A stretch of 64,000 nucleotides of DNA from an uncultured Anaerolineaceae bacterium (GTDB lineage Bacteria > Chloroflexota > Anaerolineae > Anaerolineales > DRMV01), in the NCBI GenBank assembly GCA_964446575.1, contig CAYUOX010000052.1, positions 180 through 64,179 of the forward strand, given 5' to 3'. The position numbers were made by a program, and so were the translations under genes. Below the pieces are notes generated by a model that saw only the letters and a program-made list of their open reading frames with translations, was not told the DNA's origin and ran no database searches. This document shows, one piece after another, positions 17,424-25,983 of the stretch (positions are counted from its first letter, which is position 1; every line of letters starts with the position of its first letter).

Positions 17424-18707
17424 ATGACCAATCCGTTCATCTTTGGCGACCCGGTCCGCGCAGCCGATTTTCTGGACCGGGAGCGGGAACTGCGCCGCTT
17501 GCGCGACCGCATCTTGCGAGGCGCGTCGGCCATTGTGACCGCGGCGCCGGGCATGGGCAAGACCTCGTTGTTGTTGTATCTGGACGAAGCCCGTACGACC
17601 GTCTTTGGTCCCACGGCCCAGGGGTGGGTCTTCCACTTTTTGGATGCTTACACCATGGCCGGTTGGGACACGGCCGCGTTCTGGCGTGAGGCCTTGGAAC
17701 CGCTGGCCGCGTGTTCGCCGGCCTTGCAAGGGGCTTATCGGGCCGTGTTGGCCGCGGCCGACGATGTGTCGGCCCTGGAAGCCTTGTTCGAGCAGGCCGC
17801 AGCCGAGGGGCGGCGCCTGGTTTTGCTGCTCGACGAGTTCGAGGCCTTGTTGCACGAGCCTGGGCTGCATCGCGGACGGTTCTATGGCGTGTTGCGGTCT
17901 TTGGCGTCTCGGTTTGTGTCGTTTTCGCTGGTTTTGTCGTCGCGGCATTCGGCTGCCGAACTCAACGAGCGCACGCGCGATTTCGCCCAAGGCTCGCCTT
18001 ACTTCAACTTCGCGTCGGAGGTCACATTGCGGCCTTGGCCTATGCGAGCCGTCGACGCGCTGCTGCGCCGCGGCCAAGACCGCCTGGACGCGGCCGACCA
18101 AGCCTTTATCAAGCGCATCGCGGGGCGCCATCCGTATCTGTTGCAGGCCGCGGCCTATTATTTGTGGGACATGTATGAGGACGAAACCGGCCCCCTGGGG
18201 CGCCGCGAACGGGCTGGCCGAGAGTTTTTCGCCGAGGTCGCAGAGTCGCTGCTGCAAGACATTTGGCTCTCGTGGACGCCCTACATGCAAATGGCCTTCA
18301 CCTTGGTCGGCCTGGAGGACATGAGCGCGCATCTCCCCGACGGGCGCTCGTTCGACATTCGGGCCTTGCTGCGCGACCTGCCTCACTTGGCGCCTGAAAT
18401 GCGCAAGTTAGAGCAGCGCGGGTTTGTGCGCCCCGCACCGGACCGCGCTGTGGGCTACGCGCCCCAAGCCGAGGTCATGGTCTGGTACTTGGCTGAAACG
18501 CTAACCCGCGCGCTGCGGCCCGAAGGGGTGGATCTGGCCGCCTGGCTGGCCGCCCAAGAGTGGCAAGGCCTGCTGAAACGCGGCGAAATGCAAGCCCTGC
18601 AGCGGGCCTTGAACCGGGTCGGCGGGGTGTTGCAAGAAGGCGTGACTTTGCTCATCCGCGCCGCGGCTGAGGGCGCGGCCAACCGTTTGCGCGGGGGCGC
18701 GGCCTGA
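17424..18707 (+). CDS. STAND-like P-loop ATPase with C-terminal winged-helix region (paralog of the N-terminal module of the 14694 gene)
   Basis: 'NPFIFGDPV...FLDRERELRRL' parallels 'NPYIAGEPV...FVGRDDVLREI'. Walker A 'APGMGKTS', Walker B 'LVLLLDEFE', and 'GRHPYLLQAA'. AGGAGG RBS. Confidence 0.8.
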   Translation: MTNPFIFGDPVRAADFLDRERELRRLRDRILRGASAIVTAAPGMGKTSLLLYLDEARTTVFGPTAQGWVFHFLDAYTMAGWDTAAFWREALEPLAACSPALQGAYRAVLAAADDVSALEALFEQAAAEGRRLVLLLDEFEALLHEPGLHRGRFYGVLRSLASRFVSFSLVLSSRHSAAELNERTRDFAQGSPYFNFASEVTLRPWPMRAVDALLRRGQDRLDAADQAFIKRIAGRHPYLLQAAAYYLWDMYEDETGPLGRRERAGREFFAEVAESLLQDIWLSWTPYMQMAFTLVGLEDMSAHLPDGRSFDIRALLRDLPHLAPEMRKLEQRGFVRPAPDRAVGYAPQAEVMVWYLAETLTRALRPEGVDLAAWLAAQEWQGLLKRGEMQALQRALNRVGGVLQEGVTLLIRAAAEGAANRLRGGAA

Positions 18708-18898
18708 CCGCACGTCGCGCCTCTGGGCCGTGGCCGAATCTGCCCGGCGGCGCTTTGCCGCGCACGAGGTCCGAACCGCGGCCCTGGGGCGTGGTGGGGC
18801 CCTGCCCATCATGCCGCCGAGGCCGGGGTGGGGCCCCCATGTCCGCGCAGGGCGGCGTCTGCTCGCGCGGGCGCGCGACCATGGCGCGCTAACCGCGG

Positions 18899-19129
18899 GG
18901 CTGTTCGAAAAATCGACGAATCGCCCTGAGCCGTGGTTTTGCCCCCTGCCCTCCTGGGCCCATCCGCAGCGCTGAGCGGAATGGCCCTCCGAAATCGCGC
19001 ACACAAAAAGAAAGCGGCTGATTCACGCTGGTTTGCTTTCCCAACGGCCCTCCAGGCCCTGGAGGGCCTCCTTTCTTCTCTTCTTCACCCCGGTGCTCTC
19101 CGTGGCCCCGTGTGAAATTCTTGAACACC
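18899..19129 (-). repeat. Dispersed intergenic repeat, copy B (inverted orientation)
   Basis: Its reverse complement aligns with copy A over the whole length, including both ends (GGTGTTCAAGAATTTCAC ... TCGTCGATTTTTCGAACAGCC). It contains the extra palindrome GGCCCTCCAGGCCCTGGAGGGCC at 19046-19068. Confidence 0.85.
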
Positions 19130-19140
19130 CCCGTTAACCG

Positions 19141-19169
19141 TTGACCCGACGGGCGAACCCGCCTACAAT
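19141..19169 (+). promoter_or_regulatory. Promoter (TTGACC-17 nt-TACAAT) giving a probably leaderless mRNA
   Basis: TTGACC at 19141-19146, a 17-nt spacer, and TACAAT at 19164-19169. The ATG at 19177 lies only 7 nt after the -10 box and has no SD. Confidence 0.55.
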
Positions 19170-19176
19170 TGCTGCC

Positions 19177-21564
19177 ATGGCCGACTTTTTCGCCTGGTAT
19201 GCCCTGATCACGTTGGCCGGCTGGTTGGCGCTGCCGCTGGTGTGGCGCTTGTGGCCTGGCCTCCCTTCGCGGGGGTATCCGTACGCGCGGCCGGTGGGCT
19301 GGCTGCTGTGGGGGTTCGTCTACTGGTGGCTGGGCACCTTGGGTTTGGCGCGGCCCGGCGCAGGCGGCGCGTGGGCCGCGGGAGGACTGCTGTTGGGCTG
19401 CGCGGCCCTCGTGTTGGCACGACCGCGCGTGCGCGACCGTTTGCGCGCCTGGTTGCGGGCGCATTGGGCCTTGGTGGGAACCACCGAGGTGGTCTTCGCG
19501 GTGGCCTTCGCGGGGTGGGCCTTGGTGCGCGCGGCCGCGCCCGATATTGTGGGCACCGAAAAGCCCATGGAGTTGGCCTTCATTCAGGCCCTTTTGCGCA
19601 GCGAGGCCTTTCCGCCGCACGACCCTTGGCTTGCGGGGTACGCGATTTCTTACTATTACTTCGGCTATTTGCTCACCGCTCTGCTGGCGACGCTGGCCGG
19701 CACGCCGGGCCCGGTGGCGTTCAATTTGGCCGTGGCCCTCACCTTTGGCTTGGCCGCCAGCAGTGCCTATGGGTTGGGGTATGACCTGTTGGCTCCCCGC
19801 CTGCGTCCGCGCCCCGCGCGCGGGTGGGCCCTGCTCACGCCGCTCATGGTGCTGGTGGTGAGCAACTGGGAGGGCTTGCTCGAAGTGCTCCATCGTCGCG
19901 GCGTGTTTTGGCGCGGGACCACCTCGTCCTTTTGGGCCTGGCTGGACATTCTCAACCTGAACGAACCGCCGACCGGCACATCGTGGCCCCCACGCTTTTG
20001 GTGGTGGTGGCGGGCCAGCCGGGTGCTGCACGACACCTCCCTGAGCGGCGCGCACCAAGAAGTTATCGACGAATTCCCCTTCTTTTCGTTCCTGTTGGGC
20101 GATCTGCACCCTCATGTGTTGGCCATCCCCTTTGGGATGGTTGCGTTGGCGTTGGCGTTGCACCTCTATCGGCGGGGGACAGGCTTCGCGCGGGGCCGGC
20201 TGGGGTATCCGTGGCCTCATCTGGTGTTTTGGGCCGTGGTGTTGGGGGGGCTGTCCTTTTTGAACACATGGGACTTTCCTCTTTATGTGGCCTTGGCCGC
20301 GGCCGCGTGGGGGCTGCATGTGCGCCACCGCGGTGGTTATTGGCGCGCGGCCGCGCAGGAGGCGGCCCGTTGGGCTGTGACGGTGGGGCTGCTGGGGGTG
20401 GGGCTGTACTTGCCCTTCTACCTGGGCTTTGGCTCGCAAGCGCGCGGCTTTTTGCCCAACTTGCTCAATCCGTCTCGGGGCGCGCATTTGTGGGTGATGT
20501 TTGGCCCTTTGTGGGTGCCGCTGGCGTTGATGTTGGCCTTGGCCGCGCGGCGGGCCTCCTGGGCTGCGTTGGGGCGCGGGTTCGCCGCGGCCGCGGGTGT
20601 GACCGTGGGCCTGGCCGCGCTGGCGTGGCTCATGGCCGGCATCATGGGCCTCTTGCCCGCGGGCGACGCGTATCTCAGCCTGTACGCCGCGGCCGACATG
20701 GCCACCTTGGCCCGCGAGGCCTTGGCCCGGCAGGCGCGCGCGGTGGCCGGGCCGTTGACGTTGCTGCTGTTGGGCGGCTTGGCCGTGGGCCTGCTCCTCG
20801 CGGGTCGTGAGACGCGCGCGCAACGCGGCGGGGCCCGGCCCCAACCGGAGGGTTTCCCCCTGTTGTTGATCGCCTGGGGAGCGCTATTGGTGCAGGTCCC
20901 CAATTTCGTGTATTTGTGGGACCATTTCGGCACCCGCATGAACACGGTGTTCAAGTTTTACTACCAGGCTTGGCAGTTGTGGGCGGTGGCCGCGGCGTAT
21001 GCGTGGGTGTGGTTGGCGCGGCAGCGCTGGGCCTGGGTGCTGACCGGCTTGGCCGTGGCCGCGGGGCTGGTGTATCCGGCGTTGGCTTTGCCCGAGCGCG
21101 CGGCCCACTTTCGGCCGCCCCAGGGGTGGACGTTGGACGGGAGCGCGTGGCTGCAGCGCACCAACCCTGACGATTGGGCCGCGGCACAAGCCTTGGCTCG
21201 TGCGCCTTTGGGCACGTTGGCCGAGGCCGTAGGGGGGAGTTACTCGGAGTACGCGCGGCTGAGCACTTACAGCGGCCAGCCCGCGGTGGTGGGATGGCTG
21301 GGCCACGAGGGGCAGTGGCGGGGAGGTTACGCCGAGGTGGGCACGCGGCCGCAAGACATCGAGCGCCTTTACACCACCCGCAATTGGGAGACCGCCCGCG
21401 CCATTTTGGAGCGCTACGGCATTCGCTATGTGGCTTTGGGCGATCTGGAGCGGCGGACCTACGCGGCGCAGCCCGATTTGTGGGAGCGCCATTTGGTGGT
21501 GTGGTGGCGCCAAGGCACGACCACCATCTATTATTGGGCCCCCGAGGTTGCGCCCACGCGGTGA
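19177..21564 (+). CDS. DUF2298 'YYY' integral membrane protein (Chloroflexi/Archaea family, GT-C-like)
   Basis: 'DPWLAGYAISYYYFGYLL' YYY motif. More than 15 predicted TM helices. Product is 795 aa, with a soluble C-terminal domain. Confidence 0.85.
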   Translation: MADFFAWYALITLAGWLALPLVWRLWPGLPSRGYPYARPVGWLLWGFVYWWLGTLGLARPGAGGAWAAGGLLLGCAALVLARPRVRDRLRAWLRAHWALVGTTEVVFAVAFAGWALVRAAAPDIVGTEKPMELAFIQALLRSEAFPPHDPWLAGYAISYYYFGYLLTALLATLAGTPGPVAFNLAVALTFGLAASSAYGLGYDLLAPRLRPRPARGWALLTPLMVLVVSNWEGLLEVLHRRGVFWRGTTSSFWAWLDILNLNEPPTGTSWPPRFWWWWRASRVLHDTSLSGAHQEVIDEFPFFSFLLGDLHPHVLAIPFGMVALALALHLYRRGTGFARGRLGYPWPHLVFWAVVLGGLSFLNTWDFPLYVALAAAAWGLHVRHRGGYWRAAAQEAARWAVTVGLLGVGLYLPFYLGFGSQARGFLPNLLNPSRGAHLWVMFGPLWVPLALMLALAARRASWAALGRGFAAAAGVTVGLAALAWLMAGIMGLLPAGDAYLSLYAAADMATLAREALARQARAVAGPLTLLLLGGLAVGLLLAGRETRAQRGGARPQPEGFPLLLIAWGALLVQVPNFVYLWDHFGTRMNTVFKFYYQAWQLWAVAAAYAWVWLARQRWAWVLTGLAVAAGLVYPALALPERAAHFRPPQGWTLDGSAWLQRTNPDDWAAAQALARAPLGTLAEAVGGSYSEYARLSTYSGQPAVVGWLGHEGQWRGGYAEVGTRPQDIERLYTTRNWETARAILERYGIRYVALGDLERRTYAAQPDLWERHLVVWWRQGTTTIYYWAPEVAPTR

Positions 21565-21645
21565 GCCGCGGCAGCCGGGGAGGCCTCCCTGGGCGGGCAT
21601 GAGGCCGCGCGGCCGCACCCTTGCCTTGGGGGTACAGCCATGGCA

Positions 21646-21683
21646 GGAAAAAACCAGCGGGTCGGCTCCAGGCCGACCCGCTG
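21646..21683 (-). terminator. Rho-independent terminator of ilvE
   Basis: Perfect 12-bp stem CAGCGGGTCGGC / GCCGACCCGCTG (21655-21666 and 21672-21683). It is followed on the minus strand by GTTTTTTCC and begins 8 nt after the ilvE stop. Confidence 0.8.
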
Positions 21684-21691
21684 CGCATGGG

Positions 21692-22618
21692 CTACTTGTC
21701 GTACACCGGCACCAGCCAGTGCGCATAGCGCGGTTCTTGGCCGCGCACGACCCGGAAGAACATCTCCCGCAGGCGTGCGGTGATCGGCCCCATCTCGCCG
21801 CTGCCGATGGGTCGATGGTCCACGCGGGTGACCGCGGTGATTTGGGCCGCGGTGCCCGTGAGGAACAATTCGTCCGCGATGTACACCTCGGTGCGGTCGA
21901 TGTGGCGTTCTACCACGGGGATGCCCATGTCTTGGGCCAGTTTCATCACCGTGCGCCGGGTGATGCCTTCCAAGATGTTGTCGGTCACCGGCGGCGTGAT
22001 GAGCGTACCATCGCGCACAATGAACACGTTCTCCGCGCTGCCTTCCGCGATGTGTCCGTCTTGGGTGAGCACCAGGGCTTCGTCAAAGCCGGCCAGCGCC
22101 GCGTCGGTCTTGATAAGCGCGGTGTTCACGTAGGCCCCCGCGATCTTGCCGCGCGCAGGAATCATGTTGTCGTCGATGCGGCGCCAACCCGAGATGGTCA
22201 CATGCGCGCCGGTCTCGTTTTGGATGTAGCCGCCGAAAGGCACGCAGAACATGGTCAGGTCGGGCGTCAAGCCGTGCAGCCGCACGCCAATGATCTCATC
22301 GGACATGTACACCAACGGACGCACATAGACGTCGGTTCGATGCCCTTCCGCGGCCACCACCTGCTTGGCAATGTCGATGAGTTGCTCCACCGAGTAAGGC
22401 AATTCCATGCGCATCAAGCGCGCGGAAAGCAACAACCGGCGGAAATGGTCCGCCGGCCGAAAGAGATAAGCCTGTTCTTGCTCGTCGTTCCAATACGCGC
22501 GCAATCCGCCAAAGATGGCCGTGCCGTAATTGAGCGCGTGGGTCATCACGCCCACTTTGGCCTCGGTGTAGGGCACCATCTTGCCCCGAAAGAACGCGTA
22601 CTTTGGCAAAGTGCTCAT
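21692..22618 (-). CDS. ilvE: Branched-chain amino acid aminotransferase
   Basis: 'FFRGKMVPYTEAKVGVMTHALNYGTAIFGGLRAY' and the class IV aminotransferase core. AGGAGG lies 9 nt upstream of the ATG at 22618. Confidence 0.92.
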   Translation of the reverse strand: MSTLPKYAFFRGKMVPYTEAKVGVMTHALNYGTAIFGGLRAYWNDEQEQAYLFRPADHFRRLLLSARLMRMELPYSVEQLIDIAKQVVAAEGHRTDVYVRPLVYMSDEIIGVRLHGLTPDLTMFCVPFGGYIQNETGAHVTISGWRRIDDNMIPARGKIAGAYVNTALIKTDAALAGFDEALVLTQDGHIAEGSAENVFIVRDGTLITPPVTDNILEGITRRTVMKLAQDMGIPVVERHIDRTEVYIADELFLTGTAAQITAVTRVDHRPIGSGEMGPITARLREMFFRVVRGQEPRYAHWLVPVYDK

Positions 22619-22668
22619 GGGCGCCAACCTCCTGAGGGGATGAGAACCGTCCTGCTTGGTCCATGCTC

Positions 22669-22677
22669 ATTATACCA
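22669..22677 (-). promoter_or_regulatory. Extended -10 promoter candidate (TGgTATAAT) for ilvE
   Basis: The minus strand reads ...GGCTGGTATAATGAGC..., about 45 nt upstream of the ilvE start. Confidence 0.4.
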
Positions 22678-22693
22678 GCCCTGGGCGTTCGGC

Positions 22694-23284
22694 TTATGGT
22701 TGGGGTGTGGGGGACCCCTCCGGGGTTGGGCCGGGCGTGGGGCTGGGGGACGCAACTTCGATGACGATGAAGACGGGGTCGCCGAACAGCGTGCCTTGGG
22801 GATCGGCGGCTTGCCAAACGCTTTGATAGACGCCTGGCTCCGCGGGCGCGCGGAAGCGGACCTCGATGCGCGCCTCTTGGCCGGGCGGCGCGGGAAAGAG
22901 GGGCTGCTCGGGCTCCGCGTTCAACGGGTCGCCCGCGATGAAGCGCAAGGTGTAGCCTGGCCCCCACGGGCAGGTGCCCGCGTTGCGCACGCGCCACACC
23001 TTCAGCAGCGTGGCATGGGGCGGCACTTGGGTGCCGTCGGGGATGGTTTCGTCCGCGACGAAGCGCAGGTCGAGCCGGCAGGGGGTTGGCTGGTCCGGGG
23101 TGGCCGGGGGTGGGCTGGGGGAGGGTGCCTGAGGCCGGGCCGTGGCCGTGGGGGGCGCGGTAGGGGGCACGAAGGCCGGGGCAGAGGCTTGGGGGCTGGT
23201 GCGCAGCGGGCCTTGGCAGCCGCCCAACCCCAGGGCCACAGCGTATAGCCAAAGAAGAGCGCGGAAGCCCACGACGCGACGCAT
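22694..23284 (-). CDS. Lipoprotein with NBR1-FW / N_BRCA1_IG-like beta-sandwich domain
   Basis: Signal peptide and lipobox 'ALGLGGC', then a Pro-rich linker. 'FVADETIPDGTQVPPHATLLKVWRVRNAGTCPWGPGYTLRFIAGDPL...GVYQSVWQAADPQGTLFGDPVFIVIEV' matches the Nbr1 FW pattern. Confidence 0.75.
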   Translation of the reverse strand: MRRVVGFRALLWLYAVALGLGGCQGPLRTSPQASAPAFVPPTAPPTATARPQAPSPSPPPATPDQPTPCRLDLRFVADETIPDGTQVPPHATLLKVWRVRNAGTCPWGPGYTLRFIAGDPLNAEPEQPLFPAPPGQEARIEVRFRAPAEPGVYQSVWQAADPQGTLFGDPVFIVIEVASPSPTPGPTPEGSPTPQP

Positions 23285-23288
23285 TGGG

Positions 23289-24842
23289 TCAGCCTCCGCC
23301 CAGCAAGCGCAGCAGCACCCATTGCGCCACTCGCGGCGAGACATAGGCCTCCAAGGCCGCGGCCACGGCCAGCAGCGGCACGACCACGCCCACCATGACC
23401 CGCGTCCATTCACCCAGCGCGTGCAGCCAAAACGCGCCCAGCGTTTGCCCCCGCGCGGGGGTCGCCAACGACGCGCCCAGACGCATCACGGCCCCGCCGA
23501 AGATGAGAATGGCCGGAATTTCCACACTGCCGTGGGGCAGCACGAACCCCAGCAGATACCAGCCTGGCCCCAAGCCCAAAACCCGTTGCGCCAGAATCAG
23601 CCCGCCACCTAAGATGGCGAAGGGCACCATGAGGTACAGTAACCCCGCCACGCCGAACGAAAACAACCCCAAAAAGGCCAGCAACAACATGGCCCGTAAA
23701 TTGTGCCACCACAGCCCTAACCAACCTTCCCAACTGCCCAGGTTGGTCAACGGCCCCCAAGCGGTCATCTCGGTCGCGCCTTGCGCGCGCAGCATCTGCA
23801 CGCGCTCGGGGTCCAACTGGAATTCAGGCCAAGGGTAGCGCGCGACCCAAGCCGCGCCCAGGCCGAATGCGGCCAAGGCCAAGAGCGCGGCCAAGACGAT
23901 GGGTTTGCGCAGCGCGCGCAGGGACTCGCGCACCGGCCCGCGGTACCACTCCTTGAGGTTGGTCGCGCCGCCGGTGAACGCGTGCCAATAGGTGCGCCAC
24001 GCCCAGCGCAGATCCAGCAGGTCTAAGTCGCGGCCCAGCAGGCCCTCGCGGTTGAAGTGGGCCAGCCCCATGCGCACCAGCAGCACGCTGACCACCACCA
24101 AGCCCGCGACCACCGTCCACAGCACATCGAATTGACGCCAGAAGATGAGCACGCTTTCCCACTGCAGCAACAGGGCCACAGGGATGATGATGGCCGACGC
24201 CAGCAGGTTCGCGCCCCGCACCGAAGTGGCTTGGGTGGAAACCACCACCGCGCCGCTGACCATGACCAAGGCTTGGACGGTGCTCAAGAGCCAAACCACA
24301 AAGATCAGCAGCGGATCAGGACGCCACCCGGCCCGCCAAATCATGGTCCCTGCATAACTCAGCAAGCCTAAATAACTGCCTGCCAGGGGCAACAACAGCA
24401 CGGCCAACAGTTTGCCCACATACAACTGGGCGTCGCTCAGGGGCGCGGCCAGCAGCGGCTCGATGGTGCCGCGCTCTCGCTCACCGGCGAAACTTTCCAG
24501 CGCCACGACCAACGAGATGGAAATGGGAAAGAAGCCCACCACCAGCAGCAAGAAGGGGTACAAGCGCTCCGCGATGAGCACCGCGTCGAAGCGCTCCATG
24601 TAAGCCACCATGCGGCGGGCCGTGAAGTTGGCCAGCAAGGGAAAGAACAGGGTCAGGCCCAACAGCGGGGTGAGGATGCGCCAATCACGACGCTGGTCTT
24701 GCACTTCCCGTTGGGCAATGAGCAGAACCGGGCGCATCCAGGCACGGAACGCTTGCCAGCGCTGGCGCCAACGTGCCAACCGGGTGGCCGCGTAAGCGCG
24801 CAAGCGTTGCCCAGGCAGGGCGCGAGCCTCAAGCGTCGTCAT
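23289..24842 (-). CDS. ABC-2 type permease fused to a SpoIIM/DUF95-like membrane domain
   Basis: The N-terminal half is ABC-2 like ('ESFAGERERGTIEPLLAAPLSDAQLYVGKLLA'). The C-terminal half contains 'LPHGSVEIPAILIFGGAVMRLG', typical of the stage II sporulation protein M family. Confidence 0.7.
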   Translation of the reverse strand: MTTLEARALPGQRLRAYAATRLARWRQRWQAFRAWMRPVLLIAQREVQDQRRDWRILTPLLGLTLFFPLLANFTARRMVAYMERFDAVLIAERLYPFLLLVVGFFPISISLVVALESFAGERERGTIEPLLAAPLSDAQLYVGKLLAVLLLPLAGSYLGLLSYAGTMIWRAGWRPDPLLIFVVWLLSTVQALVMVSGAVVVSTQATSVRGANLLASAIIIPVALLLQWESVLIFWRQFDVLWTVVAGLVVVSVLLVRMGLAHFNREGLLGRDLDLLDLRWAWRTYWHAFTGGATNLKEWYRGPVRESLRALRKPIVLAALLALAAFGLGAAWVARYPWPEFQLDPERVQMLRAQGATEMTAWGPLTNLGSWEGWLGLWWHNLRAMLLLAFLGLFSFGVAGLLYLMVPFAILGGGLILAQRVLGLGPGWYLLGFVLPHGSVEIPAILIFGGAVMRLGASLATPARGQTLGAFWLHALGEWTRVMVGVVVPLLAVAAALEAYVSPRVAQWVLLRLLGGG

Positions 24843-25764
24843 GGCCTACGACCTCCAGATACACCTGCTCCAGGCTGCGGGGCACCGGGGCCAGGGTGAG
24901 CACGGGCCAGCCCTGGGCCAACAGGCCTTGGAGCAGCAACGGGTTCAGTTGGCCACTGCGCCCGCGGGTCCAACGAAAGCGAAAGCGGTCGGGCCCCACG
25001 TGGGTGACCTCGACAAAGGCCGGCAGGTCGGGCAGGGTGCCGTTCAAGGCGCGTCCGAGCACGACCTCAAATTCTGGCGGGCCCAGCCGGGCTTTGAGTT
25101 CTTCGGGGCTGCCTACGGCTGCGATGCGTCCCTGGTGCAAGATTGCGATGCGATCCGCGATTTGCTCGGCCTCGGTCAAATTGTGGGTGCACACCACGAT
25201 GGCCCGCTCGGATGAACGCAGTTCGCGAATTGCCGCCCGCACCCGATACGCGCTGGCCGGATCCATGGCCGAGGTTGGTTCGTCCAGCAGCAACACACGC
25301 GGCTCGTGCATCAGCGCGCGCGCCAGGGCCAATTTTTGGCGCATGCCTTTGGAATAGCCGCCTACCCGCCGTTGACGATGCGGCCACAGGTCAAAGAAGC
25401 GCAACCACTTTTCGACTCGCCGGCTTAGCACCGGCTCGTCCAGGCCATAGAGCCGGCCGAAAAAGTACAAATACTCTTCCGCGGTCATGCGTTTGTACAG
25501 ACCGTGCTGTTCGGTGAGCACCCCCACGGCCGCACGCACCTGCTGCGGCTGATGTCTTACGCTGTGGCCAGCCACCCACGCTCGCCCCCGGCTGGGCGTG
25601 AGCACCGCGGTCAACATGCGCAACGTGGTGGTCTTGCCCGCGCCGTTGGGGCCGAGTAAGGCCAGCACTTCGCCATAAGGGACCTGCAGATGCACGTCGC
25701 GCACAGCCCAAAAATCGTCGAACTGTTTGCCCAGGCCCTGTGCCAAAATGCCATATTCGTCCAT
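24829..25764 (-). CDS. ABC transporter ATP-binding protein
   Basis: Walker A 'GPNGAGKTT', signature 'YSKGMRQKLALA', and Walker B 'LLLDEPTSAMD'. Overlaps the permease start by 14 nt. Confidence 0.92.
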   Translation of the reverse strand: MDEYGILAQGLGKQFDDFWAVRDVHLQVPYGEVLALLGPNGAGKTTTLRMLTAVLTPSRGRAWVAGHSVRHQPQQVRAAVGVLTEQHGLYKRMTAEEYLYFFGRLYGLDEPVLSRRVEKWLRFFDLWPHRQRRVGGYSKGMRQKLALARALMHEPRVLLLDEPTSAMDPASAYRVRAAIRELRSSERAIVVCTHNLTEAEQIADRIAILHQGRIAAVGSPEELKARLGPPEFEVVLGRALNGTLPDLPAFVEVTHVGPDRFRFRWTRGRSGQLNPLLLQGLLAQGWPVLTLAPVPRSLEQVYLEVVGHDDA

Positions 25765-25802
25765 AAACGCCCCTTGCCTTGGGGGGAGATGCCACAGGCC
25801 AT

Positions 25803-25811
25803 AGTTTAGCA
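25803..25811 (-). promoter_or_regulatory. Extended -10 promoter candidate (TGcTAAACT) for the ABC operon
   Basis: The minus strand reads ...ATCATGCTAAACTATGG..., about 40 nt upstream of the ATG at 25764. Confidence 0.35.
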
Positions 25812-25983
25812 TGATTTTGGACTCCGGCGCGCGCGAGGAGGTTAAAGCCGGCTCAGAATTCTGCGGGCTTGGGCGGGACGGACCTGCCCTGGGGGCCAGC
25901 CGGGCTTGGTTTGGCGGACGGGCTTTTGCGGCCGTGGGCCTTCGCGATCCGAACGCGCGTGGGTTATACCCGCGCCGAGCGGT

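Noticed and set aside
16599-18386. 595-aa minus-strand ORF
   Set aside because: It is antisense to the two homology-supported STAND ATPase genes. Its composition is Arg/Gly/Pro/His/Gln-rich and low-complexity, which is a typical shadow ORF of high-GC DNA.
18889-20844. 651-aa minus-strand ORF
   Set aside because: It is antisense to the DUF2298 YYY membrane-protein gene. It is extremely rich in R/G/Q/P/H with no motifs, and its C-terminus merely reads through repeat copy B.
21428-23248. 606-aa plus-strand ORF
   Set aside because: It is antisense to ilvE and the FW-domain lipoprotein gene. It has a junk-like composition and no RBS.
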